A stretch of 64,000 bases of DNA from an uncultured Actinomycetes bacterium (GCA_963721795.1 CAVRLT010000014.1:23972-87971); one strand, 5' to 3'. Shown: positions 1 to 8,986, counted from the first letter of the stretch. Translations and numbers: made by a program. Notes: a model not told the origin generated them from the letters alone.

Positions 1-577
1 GGTCGCGGGGAACGGCGGCCATCGCGTCCTCCGAGAGTGTGGCGACGGTAGGGATCAGCATGATCCCGAGCACGATGCTCGCCGAGAGGATGTTGAAGAT
101 CTCGACCTGGATGCCCATGTCGCGGAGGAGCGGCGTGACGAACGTGAGCGCGAAGTACCCGAGCACGACGGTCGGGATCGCGGCGAGGATCTCGAGTATC
201 GGCTTCAGGACAGCCGTCGCACGGGGCCGGGCGTACTCGCTGAGGTAGATGGCGACGCCGACGCCGAGCGGGAACGCGACCAGCGCCGACCAAAACGAGA
301 TCACGAACGTGCCGACGACGAGTGGCACGACGCCGAACTGCGCGTCGAGGAAGAGCGGCGCCCACGTCGTGCCCGTGAAGAAGTCCACGGGGCTCACCTC
401 GCGGAAGAAGTCGATCGCAGGCAGGAGCAGCGAGAGGACGATCCCGAGAGTCGTCAGGACGGAGATCGCCGCTGCGATGAAGAGGATCAGGTGAACGAAC
501 TGCTCGCCCCAACGGATCCTCTTCCGCGGCAGTGCGATCGGTGCAGGCTGTCCGACGAGCGCGTCGTGCGTCGTCAC
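1..577 (-). CDS. pstC: Phosphate ABC transporter permease PstC, N-terminal part (gene runs off the window start)
   Basis: The minus-strand frame is open from 577 down to 1. My translation is VTTHDALVGQPAPIALPRKRIRWGEQFVHLILFIAAAISVLTTLGIVLSLLLPAIDFF...IYLSEYARPRATAVLKPILEILAAIPTVVLGYFAL, a typical PstC N-terminus and permease loop. The GTG start at 577..575 overlaps the pstS stop (GTGA). It is absent from the ORF track because it is truncated. Confidence 0.85.
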   Translation of the reverse strand, partial: MTTHDALVGQPAPIALPRKRIRWGEQFVHLILFIAAAISVLTTLGIVLSLLLPAIDFFREVSPVDFFTGTTWAPLFLDAQFGVVPLVVGTFVISFWSALVAFPLGVGVAIYLSEYARPRATAVLKPILEILAAIPTVVLGYFALTFVTPLLRDMGIQVEIFNILSASIVLGIMLIPTVATLSEDAMAAVPRD

Positions 578-1500
578 GAGCCCGTGGCTTCCTCGAACTT
601 CACCTGCTCTTCGGCGAGCTGATCAGCGCTCAACGCGACGAATCGAGACTGTTCGGCAATCGTGCCGTTGTTGTCGAGCATGTACTCGACGAAGTTCCGG
701 ACGTCCTCTTTCTCGTCGAAGGAGCTCCGCTTCACGTACACGAAGAGCGGGCGCGACAACGGCACGTAGGTGCCGTCCTGGGCGGTGGCGCCGCTCGGCG
801 CGACGCAGCCATCGCCGCCGTCGACCTCGAGCGCCTTCAGCGTGTCCTGGTTCTCCTCGAAGTACGAGAAGCCGAAGTAACCGAGAGCGCCACGGTCGCC
901 GGAGACTCCCTGCACCGTCACGTTGTCGTCTTCTGTCGCCGAGAAGTCGGAGCGACTCGCGCCTTCTTCGCCGTTGATCGCGCCCGTGAAGTAGTCGAAC
1001 GTGCCCGAGTCGGTCCCGGCGCCGTAGAGCTTGAGCGGAACATCGGGAAACGAGGGATCGACCTGATTCCAGTTCGCGACCTTCGATCCGGGCTCCCAGA
1101 TCGAGTTGAGCTGCTCGACCGTCAAGCACGTCACCCAGTCGTTCTCCTTGTTGACCACGTTCGTGAGCGCGTCGGTGGCGACGCGAAACTCGATGTACTC
1201 GACGCCGCCGTCCTCGCACAACACCTGCTCGTCCTCGTCGATCGGCCGCGAGGCATTGGAGAGATCGGTCTCGCCGGCGCAGAATCGCTCGAATCCGCCG
1301 CCCGTCCCGGAGATGCCGACCGTGACGTCGACGTCTTCCGCAGCTTTGAAGTCCTCGGCGGCCTTCGTGACGAACGGGCCGACCGTGCTCGACCCGTCGG
1401 CGGTGATGGCATCGCCTCCCGCACCCCCTCCACCGCAGCCCGTCAAGGCGAGCGCGAGCGCTCCCGACAACGCCAGCGGTACGACCCTGCGCGTGTGCAT
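574..1500 (-). CDS. pstS: Phosphate-binding lipoprotein PstS (ABC substrate-binding protein)
   Basis: This is a 308-aa ORF with a lipoprotein signal (LALTGCGGGG). PstS-like motifs follow: ADGSSTVGPF, GTDSGTFDYFT, SRPLFVYV. It lies immediately upstream of pstC on the same strand. Confidence 0.92.
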   Translation of the reverse strand: MHTRRVVPLALSGALALALTGCGGGGAGGDAITADGSSTVGPFVTKAAEDFKAAEDVDVTVGISGTGGGFERFCAGETDLSNASRPIDEDEQVLCEDGGVEYIEFRVATDALTNVVNKENDWVTCLTVEQLNSIWEPGSKVANWNQVDPSFPDVPLKLYGAGTDSGTFDYFTGAINGEEGASRSDFSATEDDNVTVQGVSGDRGALGYFGFSYFEENQDTLKALEVDGGDGCVAPSGATAQDGTYVPLSRPLFVYVKRSSFDEKEDVRNFVEYMLDNNGTIAEQSRFVALSADQLAEEQVKFEEATGS

Positions 1501-1504
1501 GTCG

Positions 1505-2593
1505 TCAGTGTCCCGAGCCGATTGCAGCCGGCGGGCTGCCTCTTGGTGAACATGTGGTGACAGTCCGGTGAAGCGCTACGCGAGGCGGAACGAAGACGCA
1601 GCTGACTTCGAGGCCTCGCCCGCGGCCACCCCGTGCCTCCACCGTACCCCCCGCCTGCGTCACGATGTGCTTCACGATCGCAAGCCCGAGCCCGGTTCCC
1701 CGCGACGCACGAGCCCGGTCCGCGCGGTAGAAGCGCTCGAAGAGCCGCGGGAGCGCGGCCTCGTCGACGCCCATCCCGTCATCCCGACCCGAGAGCACGA
1801 TCGATCCATCCTGTTCTCGCTCCGCCCGGAGCGTGAAGGTCGTCCCGGGACCCGCGTAGCGAATGGCGTTCTCGGCGAGGTTGCGCGCGACCACGAGCAG
1901 CATGCGCGGCCTGACGGCGAGCTCGAGGTCGGATTCGCATTCCAGAACGAGCGCGACTCCTGCACGGGCCGCCCGCTCGCCCAGCTCGCCGAGAGCTTCT
2001 TCGAGCACGGGCCGAACGGGAGTGGCGCCGAGCGAGACGACCCGCGCACCCGACTCGAGCTCGCTCAGGAACAGCACCTCGTCGATCAGCTCGGTGATCT
2101 GCTCCACTTCTCTCGTCGCCTGCTCGACGAGCTCGGTCACGTCCTCTCCGGGGAGGGTCGCGGTCTCGAGCAGCGTCAACAGCCTCGCTAGTGGCGTTCG
2201 GAGCTCGTGCGAGACGGCCGCAGTGAAGCCGGATCGCAGCTCCTCGTACGCCGCGAGGTCGCCGGCGCGCGAGAAGTACACGAGGCGTTCCCGGCGACCG
2301 TCCGCCTCGTACGGGACGACCAGCGGAATGACGCCGGCAACACCTGCGAGCAGCTCCGGCGGCAGCCGGTCGCCCTCGCGAATGCCCTCGACGCTCTGAC
2401 GCGCGCGCCGACTCGCCAGGAGGACGCGATCATCGTCATCGAGTACTACCACCGCCTCGCGACTCTCCTCGACGAGCGCGCGTACCCGGATCGCGTCGGC
2501 GTCCACCGCGAGGGTTCTAACAGAACGTTTGCGCATCGCTTGCGGCGCGCTCACGAAGCCCAAACTCACATGTCGGTGAATCCAACTCGTCAC
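1505..2593 (-). CDS. Sensor histidine kinase, soluble PAS-like input (SenX3/PhoR-like)
   Basis: The 362-aa ORF carries an H-box (SHELRTPL), an N-box (ARNLAENAIRYAG) and G-boxes (DDGMGV, GTGLGLAIV). I see no obvious TM segment. An alternative ATG start lies at 2536. The gene is adjacent to pstS. Confidence 0.86.
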   Translation of the reverse strand: MTSWIHRHVSLGFVSAPQAMRKRSVRTLAVDADAIRVRALVEESREAVVVLDDDDRVLLASRRARQSVEGIREGDRLPPELLAGVAGVIPLVVPYEADGRRERLVYFSRAGDLAAYEELRSGFTAAVSHELRTPLARLLTLLETATLPGEDVTELVEQATREVEQITELIDEVLFLSELESGARVVSLGATPVRPVLEEALGELGERAARAGVALVLECESDLELAVRPRMLLVVARNLAENAIRYAGPGTTFTLRAEREQDGSIVLSGRDDGMGVDEAALPRLFERFYRADRARASRGTGLGLAIVKHIVTQAGGTVEARGGRGRGLEVSCVFVPPRVALHRTVTTCSPRGSPPAAIGSGH

Positions 2594-2645
2594 CTACGAA
2601 GGAGAGACGAGATGAGACTCAGGTCATTCTGCGCTCACCGGCGCC

Positions 2646-3263
2646 GTGCTCGGCGCCCTCGCGGTCGCATCCGTCGCCGCAGCGGCCGTCATCAACGGCA
2701 CACCGGGCGACGACGTGCTGCGCGGGACCGACCAGGCGGACGAGATTCGCGCGTTCGCCGGCGACGACCGCGTGTATGCGCGAGATGGCGCGGATCTCGT
2801 TCGGGCAGGCTCCGGCGACGACGGCGTTCGCGCCGCGGACGGCGGCGACCTCGCGTACGGCGGACATGGCAGCGACGTGCTGGCCGGCGGGAACGGTGAG
2901 GACCGGCTCAAGGGCGGATCCGACGCCGACACCGTTCACGGAGGCGACGGTGCCGATCGCGTCTCGGGGAACAAGGGCCCGGACGTCGTGAACGGGAACG
3001 ACGGCCCGGACTCGGTCTTCGGCGGCTGGGGCGCCGACCGCGCGTTCGGCGGGGGTGGTGACGACGAGCTCCATGCCTTGGCGGCGGACGGTGACCCTGA
3101 TCTCCTGAACTGCGGGCCAGGGGAAGACAAGGCGTTCGTGCTCCGCGAGGAGCGCCAGTCGACCCGGCTGGTCGGCTGCGAGACCCTCCTCGTCGTGGTC
3201 GAGCTCTCAGCAGATCAGCAGGAAGGCGAGAACGCGGACGCCGACACGGAAGCTGACGGGTAG
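2646..3263 (+). CDS. Secreted calcium-binding protein with hemolysin-type (RTX-like) GGxGxD repeats
   Basis: The 205-aa ORF is full of G-x-x-G-x-D nonapeptide-like repeats (GTPGDDVLRG, AGDDRVYA, GSGDDGVRA, GGNGEDRL, GGDGADRV...). A strong SD (GAAGGAGAG) plus ATG at 2612 is one base out of frame. It would add an MRLRSF..ALTGAVLGALAVASVAAAA signal peptide, so the true start is probably 2612 with an indel near 2630. Confidence 0.7.
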   Translation: MLGALAVASVAAAAVINGTPGDDVLRGTDQADEIRAFAGDDRVYARDGADLVRAGSGDDGVRAADGGDLAYGGHGSDVLAGGNGEDRLKGGSDADTVHGGDGADRVSGNKGPDVVNGNDGPDSVFGGWGADRAFGGGGDDELHALAADGDPDLLNCGPGEDKAFVLREERQSTRLVGCETLLVVVELSADQQEGENADADTEADG

Positions 3264-3282
3264 CGATGCTGGGGTCGCGATC

Positions 3283-3306
3283 GGGGTCTGGCTTCAGCCA
3301 GACCCC
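3283..3306. repeat. REP-like palindromic element, TCTGGC subfamily (GGGGTCTGGC-TTCA-GCCAGACCCC)
   Basis: It has a perfect 10-bp stem and a 4-nt loop, read directly from the sequence. Near-identical copies lie at 7898, 20683, 32219, 32257 and 32296. Confidence 0.9.
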
Positions 3307-3347
3307 GACTCTTCGTTCACCACCCGGATACAGGTCGGTAACCAGCT

Positions 3348-3376
3348 GACGGCCCCCGACCCTTCCGGGGGCCGTC
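3348..3376. other. 11-bp GC-rich hairpin (GACGGCCCCCG-N7-CGGGGGCCGTC) just upstream of the response-regulator start
   Basis: This is a perfect inverted repeat read from the sequence. It has no T-tract. It could be a terminator for the RTX-like gene or a 5'-UTR structure. Confidence 0.4.
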
Positions 3377-3389
3377 ACTATGTGGCCAG

Positions 3390-4085
3390 GTGGCGAAGGT
3401 CTTGATCATCGAGGACGACGACGTCATCGCCCGCGGGATGGCGAGGCACCTCGAGTCGGCCGGGTTCGACGCGGTCGGAGTCGCGAACGGCGAGACGGGC
3501 CTCGCGCGGTTGCGCTACGAGCGGCCCGACGTCTGCGTGCTCGATCTCATGCTTCCCGGAATCGACGGCTGGCGCGTGATCGAGCAGGCGCGGTCGGAGG
3601 GTATCGGCACCCCGATCGTCGTCGTCTCCGCGCGTGGCACCGAGCACGACCGCGTCCATGCGCTCGAGATCGGCGCGGACGACTACCTCGTCAAGCCCTT
3701 CTCCCTCAAGGAGCTGACCGCGCGTGTGCGCGCGGCGGCCCGCCGCGGCGTCAGCGAAGCAGAGCCGCGGCGCGGCGACGCGATCGTCATCGAGGAGCTC
3801 CGCCTCGACCCGAACAACGTGCAGGCGTTCGTCGACGGCGAGAGCGCGGAGTTGACCCCGACGGAGTTTCGCCTGGCGTACACGCTCGCCCGCGAGCAGG
3901 GGCGCGTGCTAACCCGCGACGAGCTGCTACAGCGGGTCTGGGGCCGGCGCGCGACACACCGGGACCGGACGGTAGACGTCTTCGTCCGCAAACTTCGCGA
4001 GAAGATCGACCGCCGCGCGCCTCGTCACACGTTCATCCACACGCGCTACGGCGTCGGCTACAAGCTCGAGGCATTGCCCAAGTAG
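3390..4085 (+). CDS. OmpR/PhoB-family response regulator (RegX3/PhoP-like)
   Basis: The 231-aa ORF has a receiver domain (IIEDDD, DLMLPGIDG, VVVSARG, DDYLVKPF) and a winged-helix output (LTPTEFRLAYTLA, RTVDVFVRKLREKI, YGVGYKL). Confidence 0.92.
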   Translation: MAKVLIIEDDDVIARGMARHLESAGFDAVGVANGETGLARLRYERPDVCVLDLMLPGIDGWRVIEQARSEGIGTPIVVVSARGTEHDRVHALEIGADDYLVKPFSLKELTARVRAAARRGVSEAEPRRGDAIVIEELRLDPNNVQAFVDGESAELTPTEFRLAYTLAREQGRVLTRDELLQRVWGRRATHRDRTVDVFVRKLREKIDRRAPRHTFIHTRYGVGYKLEALPK

Positions 4086-4103
4086 CGGGGGTCGATCCCC
4101 CGC
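4085..4103 (+). terminator. Hairpin GCGGGGG-TCGAT-CCCCCGC overlapping the response-regulator stop
   Basis: A 7-bp GC stem sits directly at the 3' end of the gene. The T-tail is weak (TGCTGGG). Confidence 0.45.
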
Positions 4104-4107
4104 TGCT

Positions 4108-4166
4108 GGGCAGGTCTTCAGCCTGACCGGTGCTGTCCGACAAGACCAGGGTCAGACCCTGGACAC
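4108..4166. repeat. Degenerate REP-like remnants (half-element TTCAGCCTGACC, and CCAGGGTC-A-GACCCTGG)
   Basis: The right arm of the TCAGGC subfamily is present without an intact left arm. Next to it is a collapsed GGGTCAGACCC palindrome, like those at 41214..41240. Confidence 0.5.
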
Positions 4167-4184
4167 GTCCCTTCGGGACGGTGA

Positions 4185-4201
4185 CTCTTGCGCAACAAGA
4201 G
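4185..4201. promoter_or_regulatory. Inverted repeat CTCTTG-N5-CAAGAG upstream of marR (candidate operator)
   Basis: A perfect 6-bp inverted repeat in the marR upstream region. The function is inferred. Confidence 0.3.
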
Positions 4202-4245
4202 TGCGCCGATCGCTCCACAGGCGGCGCGCGATCAGCTAAGCTTCA

Positions 4246-4266
4246 CCTCGTTAATGATTAGCGAGG
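4246..4266. promoter_or_regulatory. 21-bp near-perfect palindrome CCTCGTTAATGATTAGCGAGG overlapping the marR ATG (candidate autoregulatory operator)
   Basis: 9 of 10 arm positions match, with an AT-rich core in a GC-rich genome. MarR regulators typically bind such palindromes at their own promoters (established knowledge). Confidence 0.4.
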
Positions 4267-4697
4267 TTACGGTTGATTCGCAGCAGGTCGCATCCGATCT
4301 CCGGCCGGTGCTGCTGCGACTTTCGCGCGAGCTGCGCAAGGAGACGGAGCAGCTCGGAGTGACCGCGCGCCAGGCGACGCTGCTCTGGCTCGTCAAGCGG
4401 AGTCCCGGGCTCTCGCTCGCGGAGCTCGCGGGGGAGGAAGGCATCACTCCTCCGGCCCTGTCCGGACACGTCGACAGGCTCGAGGCCGCAGGGCTTCTCG
4501 AGCGTGTTCGCTCGACCGAGGATCGGCGCCGGGTGGGCCTCCGCCTCACCGAGGACGGCGTCCGGCTCATGCGGCGCATCCGTGCTCGTCGAACCACCTG
4601 GCTCGCCGATCACCTGCGCGCCCTCGAGCCCGCCGAGCTCGAAGCCGTCGAGGCGGCGATCCCGGCGCTTCGACGATTGCTCGGCGAAGACGCGTGA
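4254..4697 (+). CDS. MarR-family transcriptional regulator
   Basis: Winged-helix MarR motifs are present: LGVTARQATLLWLV, LSLAELAGEEGITPPALSGHVDRLEAAGLLERVRSTEDRRRVGLRLTEDG. The ORF is open from 4188, but ATG 4254 is the more likely start. Its stop overlaps the MFS start. Confidence 0.85.
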   Translation: MISEVTVDSQQVASDLRPVLLRLSRELRKETEQLGVTARQATLLWLVKRSPGLSLAELAGEEGITPPALSGHVDRLEAAGLLERVRSTEDRRRVGLRLTEDGVRLMRRIRARRTTWLADHLRALEPAELEAVEAAIPALRRLLGEDA

Positions 4698-5951
4698 CCT
4701 CGCTCGCGATCGCACTCAGGACGCGCACGTTTCGGAGCCTCTCGAGGCACCGCAACTACCGGATCTTCTTCGCCGGGCAGCTCGTCTCGCTGGCCGGCTC
4801 GTGGATGCAGAACGTCGCGCTCGCGTGGCTCGTGCTCGAGCTCTCCGGGTCGCCGCTCGCGGTAGGCGCGCTCGTCTTCTGGCGATTCGTGCCATTCACC
4901 GTCTTCGGGCTGGCGGCAGGGGTCGTCGCCGACCGCGTGGACTCGCGCAAGCTCGTGATGGCGACGCAAGGGGTCGCGTTGGTCGTCTCCGTCGCGCTCG
5001 CCGTGATCACGCTGACCGGGACCGCGACTCTCCCCATCGTCTACGTGCTCGCAGCGCTCGGCGGCATCACGCTCGCCTTCGACGCGCCGGGCCGTCAGTC
5101 GCTCACCTACCAGATGGTCGGCCCTCGCTCTCTTCCGAACGCGGTCGCGCTGAACGCGGGGCTCTTCAACGGCTCGCGCGTGATCGGCCCCGCGATCGCA
5201 GGCGTCGTGATCGCCGTCGCGGGCACGGGGATCTGCTTCGTGATCAACGCCTTCAGCTTCCTCGCGGTGCTCGCCGCGCTCGCGAGCCTGCGGCAGGAGG
5301 AGCTGCACGCGGTCGAGCGCGACCCCTCCGCGCGGATCGTCGACGGGATGCGCCGCGCACTCGCGCTTCGTCCGCCACGACCCGCAGCTTCGGTCGGTCC
5401 TCGGCGTCGTACGGTCATCAGCACGGTCGGCTTCAACTTCCACGTTCTCGTCCCGCTCCTCGCAGCGGACACGCTCCACGTCGGCCCAGAGGGTTTCGGT
5501 CTCCTGTCGGCGTCGTTCGGCCTGGGTGCCCTCGTCGGCGCTCTCGTCACCGCGAGCTTCCGGCGAGCGAGCTGGCGCCTCTTCGCGACCGGCGCGACGG
5601 GCTTCGGCGTCCTTGCGCTCGCGCTGGCTCCGGTGGACGACGCCGTCCCGGCCGGCGTGCTCGCTCTTCGCGGTCGGAATCTCGTTCACGCTCTTCACCG
5701 CGAACGCGAACGCGCTCGTACAGCTCGGCGCCCCCGACCACCTGCGGGGGAGGATGATCGGGCTCTACCTCTTCGCGTTCGTCGGCCTCGCACCCGTGGG
5801 CGGGCTCCTGACCGGGTGGCTCGCCGACCTGGGAGGGACGCAACTCGCGTTCGCGGTCGCCGGTGCAACGTCACTCGCGACGATCGGCATCGCAAGCCTC
5901 CAGCGCCGCGCGGCCTCGACGGCATTGACCGCCGGGCTGGAAGAGGCGTAG
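4694..5951 (+). pseudogene. MFS transporter (EntS/DUF894-like), reading frame disrupted
   Basis: The N-terminal two thirds are in the 4694 frame (FFAGQLVSLAGSWMQNVALAWLVL...). The last TM helices are in the 5526 frame (LFAVGISFTLFTANANALVQLGAPDHLRGRMIGLYLFAFVGLAPVGG). The frames switch near 5660. In addition, a 17-codon stretch (about 5363-5411) reads as conserved RFVRHDPQLRSVLGVV only in a third frame. Confidence 0.78.
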
Positions 5952-5980
5952 GCTCGCCCCCGTCTCAACAAGGAGGGGAG

Positions 5981-6482
5981 ATGAAGAGACGTACACGCTG
6001 GGCACTCGGCGCCGCGCTCCTAGCCGTCGCCGTGGGTCTGGCAGTTCCTGCATTCGTAGGAGCAAAGCCCGACTCGGGCGCAACGGTGCGCTTCGGCAAC
6101 CCGACGGTCGGCAGTCCGTTCCAGCCGCCGGTGTTCGACCACGACTCGTCGTTCAAGGCGGCGGACACACTGATCCCGCAGACGTCGGTGATCTCGGCCG
6201 GAGGCAACGTGACGTTCGACATCGCCGGCTTCCATCAGGCGAGGATCTATGAGCCGGGAACGACGCTCGACGACATCGACGTGCCGCCGTTCCCGCCGGA
6301 GTCGAACATCCTCATCAACGAGGACGAAGGGCTTCTCGATTCGAGCCCGTACCGTTCGCCGCTTCCCAGGGCCGTGGATCCAGGCTGACACGTTCGAGGA
6401 GCCGGGGCGCTACCTCGTCCTGTGCAACGTCACGCCGCACTTCGCATTCGCGAAGATGTACGGCTGGGTGAACGTCAAGTAG
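5981..6482 (+). pseudogene. Secreted cupredoxin-like copper-binding protein, frame disrupted near 6365
   Basis: An SD (AAGGAGGGG) precedes ATG 5981 and a signal peptide (MKRRTRWALGAALLAVAVGLAVPAFVGA). The C-terminal part lies in another frame and ends GRYLVLCNVTPHFAFAKMYGWVNVK, a Cys-x4-His-x5-Met type-1 copper-like ligand set. Confidence 0.6.
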
Positions 6483-6494
6483 GAGCGCCGGATC

Positions 6495-6515
6495 GGGGCG
6501 CCGAGGTGGCGCCCC
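6495..6515. terminator. Hairpin GGGGCGCC-GAGGT-GGCGCCCC between convergent genes
   Basis: A perfect 8-bp GC stem sits between the cupredoxin stop (6482) and the cupin stop (6561). Confidence 0.45.
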
Positions 6516-6560
6516 CGACCGGACTCATCCGCGAGCTCGATCTGCCGGAGTCCAGCGTTC

Positions 6561-7010
6561 TCATGTCCCAAGTGGACGCCCGAGCTGGGACTCGGTGAAC
6601 GCCATGACGGAGATCTGGCGCGTGTCCGGGTACTCGACGGCCTCGGGCGAGGGACGGTTCGAGACCATCAGGTAGCGGACAGGCTCCGCGGTGCGGTTCA
6701 GGAGCTGGTGCGCGCCTTCGGGCCCACGGCGAAGTGGACGACGTCCCCTTCTTCGAGAGCTCGCTCGCCGGCCGGCTCGCAGAGTGGGCCGGCCGCGGAG
6801 AACCACCAGCAGCTCCTCAGCGCCATGGTGAAAGTGGTAGAAGCCGCTCGTACCGTCAGGGGCGATCTCGGCGACGGTGGCGCCGATCTTGTCTCCGCGC
6901 GGAAGCCGGGTCGACTTGCCGGCCGCCCACTCCTCGTCGCTCTCGAACTCCCACTCGTCGCTCCAGATGTTCGGCGTGCTCCCCACGCTCGACTCCTTTC
7001 GTCGCGTCAT
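6561..7010 (-). CDS. Cupin-domain protein
   Basis: The 149-aa ORF has a cupin core ([21 protein letters not shown] ... [22 protein letters not shown]). An internal Arg-rich 20-codon stretch reads as [20 protein letters not shown] in another frame, which indicates a compensated pair of indels near 6779 and 6719. Confidence 0.68.
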   Translation of the reverse strand: MTRRKESSVGSTPNIWSDEWEFESDEEWAAGKSTRLPRGDKIGATVAEIAPDGTSGFYHFHHGAEELLVVLRGRPTLRAGRRASSRRRGRRPLRRGPEGAHQLLNRTAEPVRYLMVSNRPSPEAVEYPDTRQISVMAFTESQLGRPLGT

Positions 7011-7019
7011 GATCGGTCC

Positions 7020-7954
7020 GTGGAGTCATACCGAACCCCCGACGAGCGCTTCGACGGCCTTCCGGGCTACGACTTCGCGCCGCACTACCTGGAGCAGGAC
7101 GGGCTGCGAATGCACTACGTGGAGGAAGGGTCGGGCGACCCGGTACTGCTCCTCCACGGCGAGCCGACGTGGGCGTTCCTGTACCGAAAGCTGATCCCGC
7201 CTCTCGCGCGCGTCGCCGCGTCGTCGCCCCCGACTACTTCGGCTTCGGCCGCTCGGACAAGCCGACGCGGATCGAGGACTACTCCTACGACTTCCACTAC
7301 GCGTCGATCGAGCGTCTCGCCGAGGAGCTCGATCTCCGCGAGGCGACCGTCGTGGTGCAGGACTGGGGAGGTCCGATCGGCCTGCGTCTCGCGGTCGAGC
7401 ACCCGGAACGGGTGGCGCGCCTCGTGATCCTCAACACGGGGATCGGCGCGGGCCGCGCTCCTTCGCCGGAGTGGCTCCGCTTCCGCGACTTCATGCGCCG
7501 GGTCGGGACGGACATCGTCCCTGGCCAGCTCGTCCAGATCTCCTGTCTGACCGAGCTCGCAGACGAAGTGGTCGAGGGCTACAACGCGCCCTTCCCGACG
7601 CCGGAGTCGAAGGCCGGAGTGCTCGCGTTCCCGGAGCACGTCCCGACCGAGATGGACCACCCGAACGCGCAGAAGATGCTCGAGGTGCGCGCCGGGCTGG
7701 AGCGCTGGGAGAAGCCGGCGCTTGTTCTCTTCTCGGACTCGGACCCGATCTTCTCGACGATCGCCGCCGAGCACATGGCATCACGTATCCCGGGCGCGGG
7801 GCCTGCGGAGATCGTCGCCGGCGCCGGCCACTTCCTCCAGGAGGAGAAGGGCGAGGAGATCGCGGAGCGCATCGTCCGCTTCCTCGCGAAGCTCACGCGG
7901 GCCTGGCTGAAGCCAGACCCCTTCCACCCAGGTCCGGGGTCAGGCTCAGCCTGA
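7020..7954 (+). pseudogene. Haloalkane-dehalogenase-type alpha/beta hydrolase (DhlA/DhmA-like), frame disrupted near 7210
   Basis: The GTG 7020 frame gives [60 protein letters not shown]. The continuation in the 7169 frame gives [29 protein letters not shown] and GAGHFLQEE. The last ~20 codons (TRAWLKPDPFHPGPGSGSA) are encoded by REP elements. Confidence 0.8.
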
Positions 7955-7958
7955 CCCC
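7898..7958. repeat. Two adjacent REP-like elements (GGGCCTGGC-TGAA-GCCAGACCCC and GGGGTCAGGC-TCA-GCCTGACCCC)
   Basis: Read directly from the sequence. The first has one stem mismatch and the second is perfect. They lie between convergent genes and overlap the dehalogenase 3' end, including its TGA. Confidence 0.88.
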
Positions 7959-7963
7959 GGTTT

Positions 7964-8986
7964 TCAACCACCGACGTCCAGGTGTCGCCGGAGTGGAGCA
8001 ACGCCTCGAGGTCGCCCTGCACCGGAGTCTCCCGGGCGCTCTCCAGCTGCTCGGCCATCAGGTCGTCGTAGACAGCCCGCTCGACGCTCCTGAAGACGCC
8101 GAGCGGCACCGCGCCGTCGGTCTCGTAGGTGATGCGCGAGAGCGCGAAGGCGAGGCTCGGCTCGCGCTGCGACGCGTCGTGGACGAGCAGCGAGTCGTCG
8201 CCGGCTTCGCCCACGTCGACGACGCGAGCCGACCCGTCGCCGTCCTGCACGACACCCTTCTCGCCCTCGAGCCCGAAGCGAATCGGAGCGCCGTCCTCGA
8301 GGTAGATCCGGTTCCCCTTCTCCTCGCGCACGAAGTCGAACGCGTTGTCGTTGTAGATGTTGCAGTTCTGGAGGATCTCGACGAAGGCGGAGCCGCGGTG
8401 GCGCGCCGCCGCCCCGAGCACCTCGGTCAGCCCCTTCTTGTCCGTGTCGATTGCCCGCGCGACGAACGACGCCTCGGCTCCAATTGCGATGGACAGGGGG
8501 TTGAAGGGATAGTCCAGCGACCCCATCGGGGTCGACTTCGTCACCTTCCCGAGCTCCGAGGTCGGCGAGTACTGGCCCTTCGTCAGCCCGTAGATCTTGT
8601 TGTTGAACAGGAGGATCTTGAGGTTGACGTTTCGCCTGAGCGAGTGGATCAGGTGGTTCCCGCCGATCGAGAGCGCATCCCCGTCGCCCGTCACGACCCA
8701 GACGGACAGGTCGGGACGGGACACCGCCAGCCCGGTCGCGATCGCCGGCGCGCGCCCGTGGATCGAGTGCATGCCGTAGGTCTGCATGTAGTACGGGAAG
8801 CGCGCCGCGCAGCCGATCCCGGAGACGAAGACGATCCGCTCGCGCGCGAGGCCCGAGCTCGGGCATGAAGCCCTGGATGACGTTCAGGATCGCGTAGTCC
8901 CCGCAGCCCGGGCACCAGCGCACTTCCTGGTCGGACTTGAAGTCCTTCGAGGTCAGCTGGACGACATTGCCGTTGCCGTCGCTCAT
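7964..8986 (-). pseudogene. korB: 2-oxoacid:ferredoxin oxidoreductase beta subunit (KorB), frame disrupted
   Basis: The N-terminus (MSDGNGNVVQLTSKDFKSDQEVRWCPGCGDYAILNVIQGFMPELG) is in one frame. One extra base near 8851 moves the rest (LARERIVFVSGIGCAARFPYYMQTYGMHSIHGRAPAIATG...TGDGD...LLHSGDTWT) into a second frame that has no stop until 7579. A further one-base change near 7975 would give ...DTWTVGG-stop at 7964 (inference). Confidence 0.85.
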
